Source: Rhizobium sp. Q54
GTDB taxonomy: Bacteria > Pseudomonadota > Gammaproteobacteria > Burkholderiales > Burkholderiaceae
DNA length: 64,000 nucleotides
Assembly: GCA_943371165.1 (NCBI GenBank)
Contig: CALRTW020000005.1
Span: forward strand, 3,481-67,480
Direction of reading: 5' to 3'
Shown here piece after piece: positions 23,104-35,037 of the stretch. A program made the position numbers and the translations under genes. The notes below the pieces were generated by a model. The model had not been told where the DNA came from, searched no databases, and was given only the letters and a program-made list of their open reading frames with translations. Position 1 is the first letter of the stretch. Each line of letters begins with the position of its first letter.

Positions 23104-24333
23104 ATGAGTAAGGATAACCGAGACCTTTTGGTCGGTCTTGATATTGGCACATCAAAAGTAGTTGCTTTGGTTGCTGAGCTTGAAGCGGATGGGCAATTTA
23201 ATGTGGTTGGCGTTGGTCAAACCGCGTCCAAGGGTTTGAAGAAGGGTGTTGTGGTCAATATTGAGGCTACAGTGCAATCGATTCAAAAGGCGCTTGAGGA
23301 AGCTGAGGTTATGGCGGATCGCCGCATTGTTCAGGTATTTACCGGCATTGCAGGGAATCATATTTTTAGTTTCAACTCGAGTGGCATGGTTGCCATTCGG
23401 GATAAAGAGGTTGGCGCTAACGATGTAGAGCGCGTACTGGAGACCGCTAAGGCCATCAATATTCCGACTGATCAACAAATCCTGCACATTTTGATTCAGG
23501 AATTCATCATCGATGGGCAAGAAGATGTGCGTGAGCCGATTGGTATGAGTGGACTGCGTCTAGAGGTAAAAGTCCACATCGTTACTGGCGCCGTGAGTGC
23601 GGCTCAAAATATTGTGAAGTGCGTGCGGCGCTGTGGATTAGAGGTAAATGATTTGATCTTGCAGCCCCTCGCCTCCAGCCTTGCTGTACTGACCGAAGAT
23701 GAAAAAGAGCTCGGAGTAGTCTTGGTCGATATCGGCGGCGGCACTACTGACATTGCTATCTATAGCCAAGGATCAATTCGCCACACTGCAGTGATTCCGA
23801 TTGCGGGCGATCAAATTACCAATGACATTGCAATGGCCTTGCGTACTCCAACTGTAGAAGCAGAAGACCTCAAAATTCATTATGGGATTGCGCGCCAAGA
23901 TATGGCGGATTCCACTGCCATGATTGACGTACCTGGCGTGGGCGACCGTGAGCCACGACCGATTTCAAAGCAGGCCCTTGCTGCCGTGATTGAGCCACGC
24001 GTCGAAGAATTATTTACCTTGGTAATGGGTGTTGTGCGTGACTCGGGGTATGAGGGCATGGTTTCGTCGGGCGTTGTTCTGACGGGAGGCACCTCCTTGA
24101 TGCCTGGCATGGTCGAGTTAGCAGAGCAGGTCTTTTTGAGGCCTGCGCGGATTGGAACACCAGAGTACCGCGGCCATCTTCATGAGGTGTTGCGTAGTCC
24201 ACGCTTTTCAACGGGCATTGGACTCTTAATGGAAGGTCAGGCGCAACTGATGCGGGGTCGCCGCGTATCGCAATCCGGCTCTTTTCAAGGTGCTTTCTCG
24301 CGAATGAAGGAATGGTTCGCGGGTAATTTTTAA
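23104..24333 (+). CDS. ftsA: cell division protein FtsA
   Basis: Actin-like ATPase motifs DIGTSKV and DIGGGTTD. Confidence 0.9.
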   Translation: MSKDNRDLLVGLDIGTSKVVALVAELEADGQFNVVGVGQTASKGLKKGVVVNIEATVQSIQKALEEAEVMADRRIVQVFTGIAGNHIFSFNSSGMVAIRDKEVGANDVERVLETAKAINIPTDQQILHILIQEFIIDGQEDVREPIGMSGLRLEVKVHIVTGAVSAAQNIVKCVRRCGLEVNDLILQPLASSLAVLTEDEKELGVVLVDIGGGTTDIAIYSQGSIRHTAVIPIAGDQITNDIAMALRTPTVEAEDLKIHYGIARQDMADSTAMIDVPGVGDREPRPISKQALAAVIEPRVEELFTLVMGVVRDSGYEGMVSSGVVLTGGTSLMPGMVELAEQVFLRPARIGTPEYRGHLHEVLRSPRFSTGIGLLMEGQAQLMRGRRVSQSGSFQGAFSRMKEWFAGNF

Positions 24334-24378
24334 GTTTTTTCGTCGTCGTTAATGTAACTAAGTAACTCAGGAGGGTTT

Positions 24379-25722
24379 ATGGAATTTGAAATGCTAGATC
24401 AAGATACAGCCGGTAAGACCATTATTAAAGTGGTTGGAGTCGGGGGCGCTGGCGGCAATGCTGTCCAGCATATGATTCGACGCGGTGTCGATGGAGTGGA
24501 ATTCATTTGCATGAACACGGATGCAGGTGCATTGCAACGCTCCGCGGCATCCATTAATTTGCAATTGGGATCAAGTGGTCTTGGTGCAGGTGCAAAACCA
24601 GAGATTGGTGCAGCATCGGCACAAGAAGCCCGTGCTCGAATTGCGGATTCATTGCAGGGCGCGCATATGGTATTCATTACCGCCGGTATGGGCGGCGGAA
24701 CCGGTACAGGCGCTGCACCCATCGTGGCGCAAGTTGCCAAGGAAATGGGAATTTTGACGGTCGGCGTCATTAGTAAGCCATTTGATTTTGAGGGCGTTAA
24801 GCGCTTGAAAGTGGCAGAAGATGGAGCGCATGAGTTAGAGGCGTATGTCGACTCGCTCATCGTTGTTCTTAACGAGAAGCTGTTTGAAGTCATGGGCGAA
24901 GATGCCGAGTTTGATAAAGCCTTTGCTTGCGCTGACGATGTTTTGCATAACGCCGTTTCTGGCATTGCTGAAATCATCAATGTTCAAGGCTTAATTAACG
25001 TCGACTTTGAAGATGTGAAGACAGTCATGGGCGAGCAGGGCAAAGCCATGATGGGTACTGCTACTGTTTCTGGAATGGACCGTGCTCGTTTGGCCGCAGA
25101 AGCAGCAGTAGCATCACCCCTGTTGGAAGGCGTTGATCTATCGGGTGCGCGTGGTGTTTTAGTCAACATTACTGCTAGCCGTTCCCTCAAGTTATCGGAA
25201 ACACGTGAAGTTATGGCGGCCATTCGTGGCTATGCTGCGGACGATGCCACGGTGATCTTTGGTACGGTGTACGACGATAGTTTGGGCGATGCTCTGCGCG
25301 TTACGGTGGTAGCGACTGGCCTCAATCACCCCCAAGCGATGCAAAAAAGCCAGCCTGAAGTCATTTGGCGCAAAGCAACTGGCACCCACGACGCCATGCC
25401 TACGATGGCTGATTTAAATAGTTTTGCCCCATCTAGCCCATCGGCAGCAATGAGCATGGCAGGTATGGATTCAACCATTTCGGCCGTGGGTTCTGGCGCA
25501 GGAATGGCTTCGAGCGGTGGCAATGCATTGGGAGCCGCTTCAGCCCAGCCAGCTGGGGTTGATTACAGCCAATATGATTTGCCACGGGTGTTCCGGTCTC
25601 GTTCAGAGCCTTCTAGCCCGCCAAGCTTGGGTGCAGATAGCTCTCCACAGGCTAAAACCATGCTCGATAAGGGGGCGGATTTCTATGAAATTCCCGCTTT
25701 TCTGCGTAAACAGGCCGACTGA
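24379..25722 (+). CDS. ftsZ: cell division GTPase FtsZ
   Basis: Tubulin signature GGGTGTGAAP, AGGAGG RBS 5 nt upstream, C-terminal IPAFLRKQAD peptide. Confidence 0.95.
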   Translation: MEFEMLDQDTAGKTIIKVVGVGGAGGNAVQHMIRRGVDGVEFICMNTDAGALQRSAASINLQLGSSGLGAGAKPEIGAASAQEARARIADSLQGAHMVFITAGMGGGTGTGAAPIVAQVAKEMGILTVGVISKPFDFEGVKRLKVAEDGAHELEAYVDSLIVVLNEKLFEVMGEDAEFDKAFACADDVLHNAVSGIAEIINVQGLINVDFEDVKTVMGEQGKAMMGTATVSGMDRARLAAEAAVASPLLEGVDLSGARGVLVNITASRSLKLSETREVMAAIRGYAADDATVIFGTVYDDSLGDALRVTVVATGLNHPQAMQKSQPEVIWRKATGTHDAMPTMADLNSFAPSSPSAAMSMAGMDSTISAVGSGAGMASSGGNALGAASAQPAGVDYSQYDLPRVFRSRSEPSSPPSLGADSSPQAKTMLDKGADFYEIPAFLRKQAD

Positions 25723-25835
25723 TGAATTGCTCAATACAATAGTGTTATGAGAGATGCCAGCGCAGCGCCCCTCCGGACGACGAATCCTGCGCTTGCGTTG
25801 GCTCACCCATTAATAACTATTGAATTGGAGATTTT

Positions 25836-26336
25836 ATGATTGCAGTTGGACAAAAACTACCGAACGCCACCTTGTATGAGTTTCTGAACGAAGAAACCGA
25901 AGGCTGCGCCATTGGCCCTAATGCGTTTGAAGTAGAGAAGTTAGTTGCCGGCAAAAAAATCGTGATTTTTGCTTTGCCTGGTGCCTTCACACCAACCTGT
26001 TCCGCACAGCACGTGCCAGGTTATGTTGCCCAGTTCGATGCCATCAAAGCAAAAGGCGTTGATGAAATTTGGTGTGTTTCTGTGAACGATCCATTTGTCA
26101 TGGGTGCATGGGGACGTGATCTCAATGTAGGTAAAAAAGTACGCATGCTCGGTGATGGCAGTGCTGAGTTCACCAGCAAATTAGGTATGGAATTTGACTT
26201 AACCAAGCGCGGACTCGGAATTCGTTCCCAGCGTTACGCCATGGTGGTAGAGAACGGCGTAGTGAAATCGCTGTCCCTCGAGGCGCCAGGTAAGTTTGAG
26301 GTAAGCGATGCAGCCTCAGTATTAAAGCAGCTGTAA
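25836..26336 (+). CDS. peroxiredoxin (Prx5-like subfamily)
   Basis: PGAFTPTCS peroxidatic-Cys motif, 166 aa. Confidence 0.8.
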   Translation: MIAVGQKLPNATLYEFLNEETEGCAIGPNAFEVEKLVAGKKIVIFALPGAFTPTCSAQHVPGYVAQFDAIKAKGVDEIWCVSVNDPFVMGAWGRDLNVGKKVRMLGDGSAEFTSKLGMEFDLTKRGLGIRSQRYAMVVENGVVKSLSLEAPGKFEVSDAASVLKQL

Positions 26337-26381
26337 TTCAGTTACTCGATTTATCGATCCCCCGAATTTACGAACGCGACC

Positions 26382-27296
26382 ATGCTCAAGCAACGAACCA
26401 TTGCCAATCCGATCAAAACGGTTGGCATTGGCTTGCACTCCGGTCGTAAGGCAAGCTTATCAATTAAGCCTGCACCCGTGAATTCGGGAATCCAGTTTGT
26501 CCGCATTGATTTGCCTGAGCCAGTCGTGATTGCGGCAGATGCCATGCTGGTTGGCGATACGCGTCTCGCATCGGTCTTACAAAAAGACGGTGTGCGTGTT
26601 TCTACAGTCGAACACTTGCTGTCCGCTTGTGCTGGACTAGGATTGGATAATGTATTGATTGAAGTGGATTGCGAAGAGATTCCGATCATGGATGGCAGCG
26701 CTGCATCCTTTCTTTTTTTGCTGGAGTCTGCCGGCATAGCGGAGCAAGATGCGCCTCGTCAGTTCATGGTGATTAAGAAATCCGTTGAAGTGCGTGATGG
26801 CGATAAGTTAGCCCGCCTAGATCCTTTTTTCGGCTTCAAGTTGGATTTCACGATTGACTTTAAGCACCCTGCAGTGGATAAAACAGGCCAGCATTTTGTG
26901 GTCGACTTTGCAGAGCATGCATACCGTAGTGAGATTGGCCGAGCACGCACATTTGGTTTTGCGCACGAGGTTGAGGCTTTACGCGAAATTGGCCTTGCGC
27001 GCGGCGGTAGTTTAGATAATGCGATTGTTTTGGATGAGCACCGCATTCTTAACAATGAAGAATTGCGCTACGAGGATGAGTTTGTGCGACACAAGATCCT
27101 CGATGCCATTGGTGATTTGTATTTAGCAGGGCATCCGATTGTGGGATCGTATATTGCAAAAAAATCAGGCCATGCCCTGAATAATGCCTTGTTACGCAAA
27201 TTGTTTGAAGATCCCAGTGCATATGCAATTGAGTCGTTTCCGCTCAATAAAGCGCCAGCAGCCTACACCGTAGAAAATCAGCCCCTCTTTTTTTAA
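26382..27296 (+). CDS. lpxC: UDP-3-O-acyl-N-acetylglucosamine deacetylase
   Basis: MLKQRTI..., [40 protein letters not shown]. Confidence 0.9.
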   Translation: MLKQRTIANPIKTVGIGLHSGRKASLSIKPAPVNSGIQFVRIDLPEPVVIAADAMLVGDTRLASVLQKDGVRVSTVEHLLSACAGLGLDNVLIEVDCEEIPIMDGSAASFLFLLESAGIAEQDAPRQFMVIKKSVEVRDGDKLARLDPFFGFKLDFTIDFKHPAVDKTGQHFVVDFAEHAYRSEIGRARTFGFAHEVEALREIGLARGGSLDNAIVLDEHRILNNEELRYEDEFVRHKILDAIGDLYLAGHPIVGSYIAKKSGHALNNALLRKLFEDPSAYAIESFPLNKAPAAYTVENQPLFF

Positions 27297-27811
27297 GGCG
27301 AACCCGTTTTTGATTGCAGTAGGTGCTGGACTGCCTTGCTGAGATCCGATTCCGGCTCCAATTTACTGAGCAAATCAAGCCACGCTGAACGGGCGACGGG
27401 ATTTAGCCCCTTGGGCTTTTCCCTGGCCGGTGCCCGGGGCTGAACAATCCACTCCGACTGAGGAAGGGCGGGCTTTAAGCTCACTTTAATTGCCGTGCAA
27501 TTCAGGCCATTCTTAGCTAACTCATTGATTAAGCTAGGCAAAGACTGCTGTAGACGGGCGGCAATGGTGGCATTGGGCACCATCAGCAACAGCTCGGTAG
27601 GCTTGCCGGAGACCCAAACCGGCTCTACTTTAGAGCCAAAGTGCGCTAATTCCAGGGTTTTTAAGCAGTGTTGCAGGCAGGCCTTGAGTTTGGCCAAATC
27701 TTCCGTACGCGCCAAAATGCCACTGATTCCCTCTGGCCCACGCAAGCAGTCTATCCACTCCCGGGCTATCTTGGGCTTGGCAGAATAAGGGGTTTTTGGC
27801 TTTGGATTCAT
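27293..27811 (-). CDS. DUF721 (DciA-like) domain protein
   Basis: 172 aa. The position between lpxC and secA matches where DUF721 genes sit in related Burkholderiales. This is a family call from memory of synteny and general sequence character only. Confidence 0.45.
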   Translation of the reverse strand: MNPKPKTPYSAKPKIAREWIDCLRGPEGISGILARTEDLAKLKACLQHCLKTLELAHFGSKVEPVWVSGKPTELLLMVPNATIAARLQQSLPSLINELAKNGLNCTAIKVSLKPALPQSEWIVQPRAPAREKPKGLNPVARSAWLDLLSKLEPESDLSKAVQHLLQSKTGSP

Positions 27812-27866
27812 GGGGAAAAGGGGATTCGGGTGATAAACTCAAAGGCTTAATTTTGGTCAAAATCCC

Positions 27867-30617
27867 ATGGCAATCGGCATTCTAAAAACTCTATTTGGCA
27901 GTCGAAATGATCGGCTCTTAAAGCAATACCGCAAAGTCGTTCTCAAGGTTAATGCACTTGAGTCTACCTTGCAATCGCTCGATGATGCTGCGCTTCAAGC
28001 AAAAACAGCAGAATTTAAGTCGCGCCTTGCCGCTGGCGAATCCCTAGACGATCTGACTGCAGAAGCATTTGCCGTAGTCCGCGAATCCAGCCGCCGCGTC
28101 ATGAAAATGCGCCATTTCGATGCGCAGATTATGGGTGCCTTAGCCCTGCACCAAGGCAAGATTGCTGAAATGGGAACAGGTGAAGGTAAAACCCTGACTG
28201 CAACCTTAGCCGTTTACCTCAATGCGATTACAGGCAAGGGCGTTCACGTGGTTACGGTCAACGATTACCTGGCGCAGCGCGATGCTGAGTGGATGGCCAA
28301 GCTCTATAACTTCTTAGGCCTTCAGGTTGGGATCAATTTATCCCAAATGGATCACGAGGCAAAGCAAGCAGCTTACGCAGCCGATATTACGTACGGCACC
28401 AACAACGAATTTGGCTTTGATTATCTGCGCGACAACATGGTGCAAGATGCTGCGCAGCGGGTTCAGCGTGGCTTGGCCTATGCCATTGTTGACGAGGTCG
28501 ACTCGATCTTGATTGACGAAGCACGGACACCACTGATTATTTCAGGGCAGGCAGAAGACCATACCGACCTCTATCTGAAAATGAATCAATTGCCTGCGCA
28601 TTTAGAGCGGCAAATTGGCGAAGAAAAAGCAGACGGCAGCGGTGTTGAAAAGCCAGGCGATTACTGGGTGGATGAAAAAACCCAGCAGGTTTATTTAACC
28701 GAGACTGGCCATGAAAAAGCCGAGAGCATCTTGGCACAAATCGGCGTTTTAAATCCGGGTGATTCGCTTTACGCACCTCAGAACATTACCTTAATGCACC
28801 ACGTCTATGCGGCCTTGCGTGCACATTGCTTGCAACACCGCGATCAACAATACGTGGTTCAAAACCAAGAAGTGATCATTGTCGATGAGTTCACGGGCCG
28901 TTTAATGACGGGCCGTCGTTGGTCAGATGGACTACATCAAGCAGTCGAGGCAAAAGAAGGGGTACCGATTCAGAGTGAGAATCGCACCTTAGCAACCATT
29001 ACCTTCCAGAATTATTTCCGGATGTACGGTAAGTTAGCTGGCATGACCGGTACCGCCGATACCGAAGCCTACGAGTTCAAAGAGATCTATAACTTAGAGA
29101 CCGTCGTTATTCCGCCCAACCGCATGAGTCAGCGGACCGATCGCCAAGATCAAATCTATAAAACATCCGCAGAGCGTTATGCTGCAGTAGTCAAAGACAT
29201 TGAAGAATGCTATGGCCGAGGTCAGCCTGTATTGGTTGGTACTACGTCGATTGAAAACTCGGAGCTGATTTCGCACTTATTGGATCAGAAGAAGTTGCCG
29301 CATCAAGTCTTGAATGCAAAGCAGCATGCAAAAGAGGCTGAGATTATTGCGCAGGCAGGCCGCCCAAAAATGATTACGATTGCGACCAATATGGCCGGTC
29401 GTGGTACTGACATTGTGCTCGGCGGTAATGTCGAGAAGCAAGCTTCGCTGATTGAGGCCGATGGCAATTTGGCGCCTGCAGATAAAGAAGCGCGCATTGC
29501 GGTCTTGCATGATGAGTGGCAGGGGCTACACGACCAAGTATTGGCTGCGGGTGGATTGCATATTATTGGTACCGAGCGCCACGAGAGTCGCCGTATTGAT
29601 AACCAGTTGCGCGGTCGATCCGGTCGTCAAGGTGATCCAGGATCATCGCGTTTTTACTTGTCTTTAGATGATCCACTCTTACGTATTTTTGCAGGCGATC
29701 GCTTGCGTGCCGTAATGGACCGCTTAAAGATGCCAGAGGGCGAGCCAATTGAGGCTGGTATGGTCACGCGCTCAATCGAGTCTGCACAGCGCAAAGTTGA
29801 GGCCCGCAACTTTGATATTCGGAAGCAGCTGTTGCAATACGACGACGTTGCCAACGACCAGCGCAAAGAGACCTACCGCTTGCGCAATGAAGTGCTGGAG
29901 AGTAAAGACATTGGCGACTTAATTACCAACTTACGCGAGGATGCGCTGCGTAGCTTTTGTCATTTGTATGTTCCTGCTGAATCCATGGAAGAGCAGTGGG
30001 ATTTGCCAGGACTAGAAAATAGCTTAGCCAATGAATGGGGTCTCAGTGTTGACTTAACTGGCCTAGTTCAGTCAGCCGACTCCATTGAGGCAGAAGAAGT
30101 GGTCGAACATGTTTTGGCTGCCGCGAAAGCAGCGTATGACGGCAAAGTAGAGCTATCGGGGCGCGAGTCATTCGCTGGCTATGAGCGTTCAGTCATGCTC
30201 TACAGCTTAGATAGCCACTGGCGTGAACATCTAGCCGCTTTAGATCATTTGCGTCAAGGCATACATTTGCGGGGCTACGCACAAAAGGATCCAAAACAAG
30301 AATACCGCCGTGAGGCATTTGAGCTGTATGGCGAACTCTTGGATGTGATTAAGAACGATGTGGTGAAGAGCATCATGGCGGTCAGAATTCGGACTGCCGA
30401 TGAGTTGGACGCCGCCTCCGAATCCATTAATGACGACATGAGTCAAATTAAGGAAGTGCAGTATCAGCACGCCGATGTCAGCGCTGATGCAGCCGAGAGC
30501 GAAAAGCCTGCTGCGGCGCCTGCTCCTGTTCGATCAGGACCTAAAGTCGGCCGCAACGATCCCTGCCCATGTGGTAGTGGCAAAAAATACAAAGCCTGCT
30601 GCGGTGCCTTGAGTTAA
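27867..30617 (+). CDS. secA: preprotein translocase ATPase SecA
   Basis: 916 aa, MGTGEGKTL Walker [21 protein letters not shown]-terminal zinc finger [14 protein letters not shown]. Confidence 0.95.
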   Translation: MAIGILKTLFGSRNDRLLKQYRKVVLKVNALESTLQSLDDAALQAKTAEFKSRLAAGESLDDLTAEAFAVVRESSRRVMKMRHFDAQIMGALALHQGKIAEMGTGEGKTLTATLAVYLNAITGKGVHVVTVNDYLAQRDAEWMAKLYNFLGLQVGINLSQMDHEAKQAAYAADITYGTNNEFGFDYLRDNMVQDAAQRVQRGLAYAIVDEVDSILIDEARTPLIISGQAEDHTDLYLKMNQLPAHLERQIGEEKADGSGVEKPGDYWVDEKTQQVYLTETGHEKAESILAQIGVLNPGDSLYAPQNITLMHHVYAALRAHCLQHRDQQYVVQNQEVIIVDEFTGRLMTGRRWSDGLHQAVEAKEGVPIQSENRTLATITFQNYFRMYGKLAGMTGTADTEAYEFKEIYNLETVVIPPNRMSQRTDRQDQIYKTSAERYAAVVKDIEECYGRGQPVLVGTTSIENSELISHLLDQKKLPHQVLNAKQHAKEAEIIAQAGRPKMITIATNMAGRGTDIVLGGNVEKQASLIEADGNLAPADKEARIAVLHDEWQGLHDQVLAAGGLHIIGTERHESRRIDNQLRGRSGRQGDPGSSRFYLSLDDPLLRIFAGDRLRAVMDRLKMPEGEPIEAGMVTRSIESAQRKVEARNFDIRKQLLQYDDVANDQRKETYRLRNEVLESKDIGDLITNLREDALRSFCHLYVPAESMEEQWDLPGLENSLANEWGLSVDLTGLVQSADSIEAEEVVEHVLAAAKAAYDGKVELSGRESFAGYERSVMLYSLDSHWREHLAALDHLRQGIHLRGYAQKDPKQEYRREAFELYGELLDVIKNDVVKSIMAVRIRTADELDAASESINDDMSQIKEVQYQHADVSADAAESEKPAAAPAPVRSGPKVGRNDPCPCGSGKKYKACCGALS

Positions 30618-30619
30618 TC

Positions 30620-31858
30620 ATGCCAGTCAATTTGCCATTGCCAGAGCGCGCTGCCCTTAGCCCAGTTGCTGGGGTGCAATTAGGCATTGCCGAGGCGGGG
30701 ATTAAAAAAGCCAATCGCAAGGATGTTTTGGTCATCACCCTCAGTCCCGGTACACAGGTGGCTGGCGTATTTACGCAAAACCGATTTTGTGCAGCTCCGG
30801 TGCAGCTATGCCGAGCCCATTTAGACTGGGTTGCCCAAACTGGTAGTGGAATTCGTGCATTGGTTGTGAATACCGGTAATGCCAATGCGGGAACTGGCGA
30901 GCAAGGCATGCGTGATGCCCTGGAGACCTGCTGTGCCTTAGCGGCGGCTTTGAATATCCAGCCAGAGCAAGTGTTGCCTTTCTCCACCGGCGTCATCTTG
31001 GAGCCCTTACCCATTGCAAAGCTGACTGCTGCGCTGCCAAGCGCGATAGCCAAATTAACTGACGATGCCTGGTTCGATGCAGCTGAAGCGATCATGACCA
31101 CGGACATTCAGCCTAAGGCCTTTTCGCAAGTGGTGATTACGCCGGACGGACTCATCACGCTCACCGGCATTTGCAAGGGCGCCGGCATGATTCATCCCAA
31201 CATGGCTACGATGCTCGGCTTCATTGCAACGGATGCCGGTTTTGCGCCAGAAGTATTGCAAAGCCTAACCAAAGAAGTCGCCGATCTTTCCTTTAATGCC
31301 ATTACGATCGATGGCGACACCAGCACCAATGATTCATTTATTGTGATGGCAACGGGTGTGTCCGCAGTACAGATCAATAGCACGGCAGATGCCAGCTATC
31401 CGATTGTGCGATCTGCACTCATTGCCTTTGCACGCCGACTGGCGCAAATGATTGTGCGGGATGGCGAAGGTGCCACGAAATTCATTTCGATTGAAGTGGT
31501 TGGCGGCGAGACAAACGAAGAGTGCCGTTTAGTGGCAGAGGCAGTAGCCCATTCTCCTTTGGTAAAGACTGCTTTTTTTGCCAGTGACCCCAATTTAGGC
31601 CGTATTCTGGCTGCCATTGGCTATGCCGGAATTACCGATCTGGATGTGAGCCGAGTGCAGCTCTGGCTAGGTGACGTTTGGGTCGCAAAAGATGGCGGGC
31701 GTAACCCCAGCTACCAAGAGGCAGATGGGAAACGCGTGATGCAGGCTGCTGAGATTGCGGTCAAGATCGACTTAGGTCGCGGCGCTGCCGAGCGGACGAT
31801 GTGGACCTGTGATTTATCGCATGAATACGTTTCGATCAACGCCGATTACCGCTCTTAA
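30620..31858 (+). CDS. argJ: bifunctional glutamate N-acetyltransferase / amino-acid acetyltransferase
   Basis: Autoproteolysis site region [16 protein letters not shown]-terminal [10 protein letters not shown]. Confidence 0.9.
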   Translation: MPVNLPLPERAALSPVAGVQLGIAEAGIKKANRKDVLVITLSPGTQVAGVFTQNRFCAAPVQLCRAHLDWVAQTGSGIRALVVNTGNANAGTGEQGMRDALETCCALAAALNIQPEQVLPFSTGVILEPLPIAKLTAALPSAIAKLTDDAWFDAAEAIMTTDIQPKAFSQVVITPDGLITLTGICKGAGMIHPNMATMLGFIATDAGFAPEVLQSLTKEVADLSFNAITIDGDTSTNDSFIVMATGVSAVQINSTADASYPIVRSALIAFARRLAQMIVRDGEGATKFISIEVVGGETNEECRLVAEAVAHSPLVKTAFFASDPNLGRILAAIGYAGITDLDVSRVQLWLGDVWVAKDGGRNPSYQEADGKRVMQAAEIAVKIDLGRGAAERTMWTCDLSHEYVSINADYRS

Positions 31859-31862
31859 TCCC

Positions 31863-32720
31863 ATGAATGAAAAACTAGATCGATTACTGAGTCACCTCGA
31901 AACCTTTCTTCCAAAACCATTGGATGAGGCGCAGTGGAAATCATCAACCGCATTTCGTTGGCGCCGTCGCGATAGTATTTTTGGCAGCATTGGTTTTTTA
32001 CAGCCCGTAAAACACGTTGCCGATATTGCGTACGATGACTTGCAACACATTGATCGTCAACGCGATGCGATTAAAGAAAATACCCGTAACTTTGTACAAA
32101 AGAAACCGGCCAATAATATTTTGCTCACCGGCGCACGCGGTACAGGTAAATCGTCATTAATTAAGGCCAGCCTGCACGCCTTTGCAAAAGATGGTCTGCG
32201 CTTAGTTGAGGTTGAGAAAGAGCACTTGGCGGATTTAGCAGACATAACGGATTTACTAGCCGATCGCCCAGAGCGCTTTATCGTGTTTTGCGATGACCTT
32301 TCTTTTGAGGAGGGCGAATCTGGCTACAAAGCAATGAAGTCCGCCTTGGATGGCTCGATCTCTGCGCAGGTCGACAATATTTTGATTTATGCCACATCGA
32401 ATCGCCGCCATTTGCTCCCTGAGTACATGAAAGACAACCAAACGTATCACCACGATGACGATGGCGAAATTCATCCGGGTGAGGCGGTGGAGGAGAAGAT
32501 CTCTTTATCGGAGCGCTTTGGTTTGTGGCTTTCCTTTTATCCACCCAAGCAGGATGAATATCTCGCTATCGTCGCGCATTGGCTGCGGCATTTTGGCTTG
32601 AGTGATGTCCAAATCGAGGCTGCTCGATCGGAAGCTTTAGTTTGGGCGTTGGAACGCGGATCGCGTTCGGGTCGCGTTGCATGGCAGTTTGCAAAACACT
32701 GGACTGGCACGCACGCCTAA
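31863..32720 (+). CDS. DUF815-family AAA ATPase
   Basis: LLTGARGTGKSSLIKA Walker A, FCDDLSFEEGESGYKAMKSALDGS, YATSNRRHL. ATG 31863 preferred, because the track ORF start 31809 overlaps argJ. Confidence 0.7.
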   Translation: MNEKLDRLLSHLETFLPKPLDEAQWKSSTAFRWRRRDSIFGSIGFLQPVKHVADIAYDDLQHIDRQRDAIKENTRNFVQKKPANNILLTGARGTGKSSLIKASLHAFAKDGLRLVEVEKEHLADLADITDLLADRPERFIVFCDDLSFEEGESGYKAMKSALDGSISAQVDNILIYATSNRRHLLPEYMKDNQTYHHDDDGEIHPGEAVEEKISLSERFGLWLSFYPPKQDEYLAIVAHWLRHFGLSDVQIEAARSEALVWALERGSRSGRVAWQFAKHWTGTHA

Positions 32721-32723
32721 GCT

Positions 32724-33170
32724 TTGATGAGTGATGCTCGGCGCCCAGTAACCGAGGTAGCAGCCGGTATTTTGCTCGATTCCCAGCAGCGCTTTTTGAT
32801 GGGGCAGCGACCCCTCGGCAAACCCTATGAAGGCTATTGGGAATTTCCGGGCGGCAAAGTGGAAGCCGATGAAACGCTTTTTCAGGCTTTGCAGCGCGAA
32901 CTCCAAGAAGAACTCGGAATCACCATTCATGGCAGCGTCGATTTAATGACGATTGAGCATGACTATCCGCATGCGTATGTGCGCATTCACGTTAGCGTCA
33001 TTCGGGACTGGAGTGGCGAGCCTACTGGGTGTGAAAACCAAGCTCTATCGTGGCAAGACTTGGGCGCGGATCATTTAACGATAGAGCCGCTTTTGCCGGC
33101 GGCGTTGCCGATGATTCAGCAACTAAAGCAGTTTTATGCCGAGATTAAAACTGGCACAAAGTTAGTTTGA
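32724..33170 (+). CDS. Nudix hydrolase, MutT-like (d)NTP pyrophosphohydrolase
   Basis: Nudix box GGKVEADETLFQALQRELQEELGI. Confidence 0.8.
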   Translation: MMSDARRPVTEVAAGILLDSQQRFLMGQRPLGKPYEGYWEFPGGKVEADETLFQALQRELQEELGITIHGSVDLMTIEHDYPHAYVRIHVSVIRDWSGEPTGCENQALSWQDLGADHLTIEPLLPAALPMIQQLKQFYAEIKTGTKLV

Positions 33171-33897
33171 ATGGAATGTCTTCTAGGATGGGGTACGGCT
33201 TTTTATCCCGCTCGCTTTTTAAGAAACGAACCGATAACAAGTATTTGTTTGCACTGATTTCGGAAAAGACAGAATCATCTTCAACTCCAATCCGCATCAG
33301 TTGATAGACTTTTCCAGATGGCGCTTGTTGAAATGCCCCTTGGTGCGCCACCGCATCGCGTGACTCTCCTGACTGACGCAGCAACTTTAAAAACAACTGA
33401 GACGATTCATTCCAAGGCAGTAAGGGCGCAATAAAATTTTGTAATAACTCACGCCGATCATCGGGTGCGCTGCATTTCCATGCATGAAAATTCGGTAGAT
33501 CAATCGGGCTAGTCCCTCCCGGTATCGACAGACGGGTTCGAATACCATTCAACCATTCATTTTCGGTAATCGCTGTATTGGGTTTGCCGAGTGATTGATT
33601 GAGGTGTGTGGATGCACCGTCAATCTCGGAGAGGGCTTGGCTTAACACTGCTTGATCAACTTTTGCAGACGATTTAAGGCCTTGGAGCGCCTGCTTTTGA
33701 CGCTCAAACTCTTTTAATAGCAGTGATTTGATATCACCCCGCGCGCCAATGTCACCTAACTCAAATAGAGTTTCAATCGCGCATTGGTGCAGCTCGGGAT
33801 CATCGGATTTAGAAAAATGGGTATAGCGCCCAAACAAATACTCCAAGCGGAGCATATTGCGGACTAACTCATTGAAGGGATATTCGTAAACAATCAC
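33145..33897 (-). CDS. zapD: cell division protein ZapD
   Basis: N-terminus MIVYEYPFNELVRNMLRLEYLF resembles the ZapD (YacF) N-terminus. Conserved coaE-zapD adjacency. 26-nt convergent overlap with the Nudix gene. Confidence 0.8.
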   Translation of the reverse strand: MIVYEYPFNELVRNMLRLEYLFGRYTHFSKSDDPELHQCAIETLFELGDIGARGDIKSLLLKEFERQKQALQGLKSSAKVDQAVLSQALSEIDGASTHLNQSLGKPNTAITENEWLNGIRTRLSIPGGTSPIDLPNFHAWKCSAPDDRRELLQNFIAPLLPWNESSQLFLKLLRQSGESRDAVAHQGAFQQAPSGKVYQLMRIGVEDDSVFSEISANKYLLSVRFLKSERDKKPYPILEDIPFKLTLCQF

Positions 33898-33907
33898 GGA
33901 ATCTATT

Positions 33908-34579
33908 CTATGCGGAATTCCTGGGCTTAGACCTATTTTTGATAATCAATTGGTGCAAGGCATCGATTTGGGGAAATAGCGTATCGAGGCTGCCATCATT
34001 GAGGAGAATCGTATCCGCCGCCGCTAGCCGATCCTCGCGCACGGCTTGTTTGTGCATAATGTGCTCAATTTCGCTACGGTCTAAATTGCTGCGTTGCATG
34101 ACCCGTGCAATTTGGAGCTCCGATGGGCAGTCAACCACGACCAAATGATCGATTACCTTAGGCCAATAGCCGGACTCCACCAAGAGGGGCACCATAAAGA
34201 CCAAATACAAGGCGCCGCTTTGATGCGCCAAGCGGGCTTGCCGCAGCGTTTCAGCATGAATGAGGGGGTGAGTAATGGCCTCAAGGGACTGAAGGGCGCT
34301 TGGATCGTTAAATACAAGGCGCCGCATCTTGGGCCGATCTAAGGATCCGTCGGCCGCCAATAGTTCTGGGCCAAAATGAGCCTGAATGGGGGCGATGGCA
34401 GCGCCATGTGGGCTAGTAATGTCATGGGCAATTTGGTCCGAATCAATTACCGTAGCCCCGAGCTCAGCCAGGCGCTTCGCTACTACTGACTTGCCAGATC
34501 CTATTCCGCCCGTTAATCCAATGAGCGGAATTTGCCCTTTTAGTTCAGCGAGAGTGGAATGCGCAGGAGTTGAGGCCAT
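33908..34579 (-). CDS. coaE: dephospho-CoA kinase
   Basis: GLTGGIGSGKS P-loop. ATG 34579 (MASTPAHS...) is the only plausible start before the P-loop, because the track ORF extends further into pilD. The start overlaps the pilD 3' end by 40 nt. Confidence 0.85.
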   Translation of the reverse strand: MASTPAHSTLAELKGQIPLIGLTGGIGSGKSVVAKRLAELGATVIDSDQIAHDITSPHGAAIAPIQAHFGPELLAADGSLDRPKMRRLVFNDPSALQSLEAITHPLIHAETLRQARLAHQSGALYLVFMVPLLVESGYWPKVIDHLVVVDCPSELQIARVMQRSNLDRSEIEHIMHKQAVREDRLAAADTILLNDGSLDTLFPQIDALHQLIIKNRSKPRNSA

Positions 34580-35037
34580 ATTAGGTAAATAATGCCAGCA
34601 AACGCCAAAAAGGGCCCAAATGGAAACGCTTGTGCACGCCCTTGCTTTTGCCAGTAAAGCCATATGACGCCACCCAGTAAGCCACTCAGAGCCGATAGCA
34701 ACACAATGCCCGGCAAGGCTTGCCACCCCAGCCACGCACCTAGAGAGGCCAGTAGTTTTGCATCCCCCATGCCCAATCCATCACGGCCTTTGAGGGAGCG
34801 ATAAAGCCAATTCAATCCCCAGAAGAATCCAAATCCAACCGTCGCGCCAAGGATGGCCTCTTGGGGACTACAAAAGCGCACATCCACAAAGAAATTAAAG
34901 AGTAAGCCGCCAGCAATCAGCCGAAAGGTGATGGCATCCGGAATCCGAAACGTTCGAAAATCCACATAGGCCACATATGCCAAGGGCAGAATTAAGCCAT
35001 AGCGAATTACATCAGCAAGTAAGGTGAGATCAGTCAA
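34540..35037 (-). CDS. prepilin peptidase, peptidase-A24 domain only (short PilD-like)
   Basis: Both aspartyl-protease motifs are present (VDFRTFRIPD and GMGDAKLLA). At 165 aa it lacks the N-terminal Cys-rich/methyltransferase part of full-length PilD. Confidence 0.75.
   Translation of the reverse strand: MTDLTLLADVIRYGLILPLAYVAYVDFRTFRIPDAITFRLIAGGLLFNFFVDVRFCSPQEAILGATVGFGFFWGLNWLYRSLKGRDGLGMGDAKLLASLGAWLGWQALPGIVLLSALSGLLGGVIWLYWQKQGRAQAFPFGPFLAFAGIIYLIWPQLLRIPLSLN

Noticed and set aside
24399-24980. 193-aa minus-strand ORF inside ftsZ, and similar long antisense or out-of-frame ORFs (30541..31107 in argJ, 49457..49981 in proS, 61203..61919 in accC, 48102..48512 over rppH, 26351..26737 over lpxC)
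   Set aside because: Each lies entirely within a confidently identified conserved gene. The products are compositionally biased (Ala/Ser/Pro/Arg-rich) with no recognisable motifs. These are typical shadow ORFs.
25756-25802. Imperfect hairpin after ftsZ (GCCAGCGCAG...CTGCGCTTGCGTTGGC)
   Set aside because: The stem is interrupted by a 6-nt bulge and there is no downstream U-tract, so it cannot be supported as a terminator.
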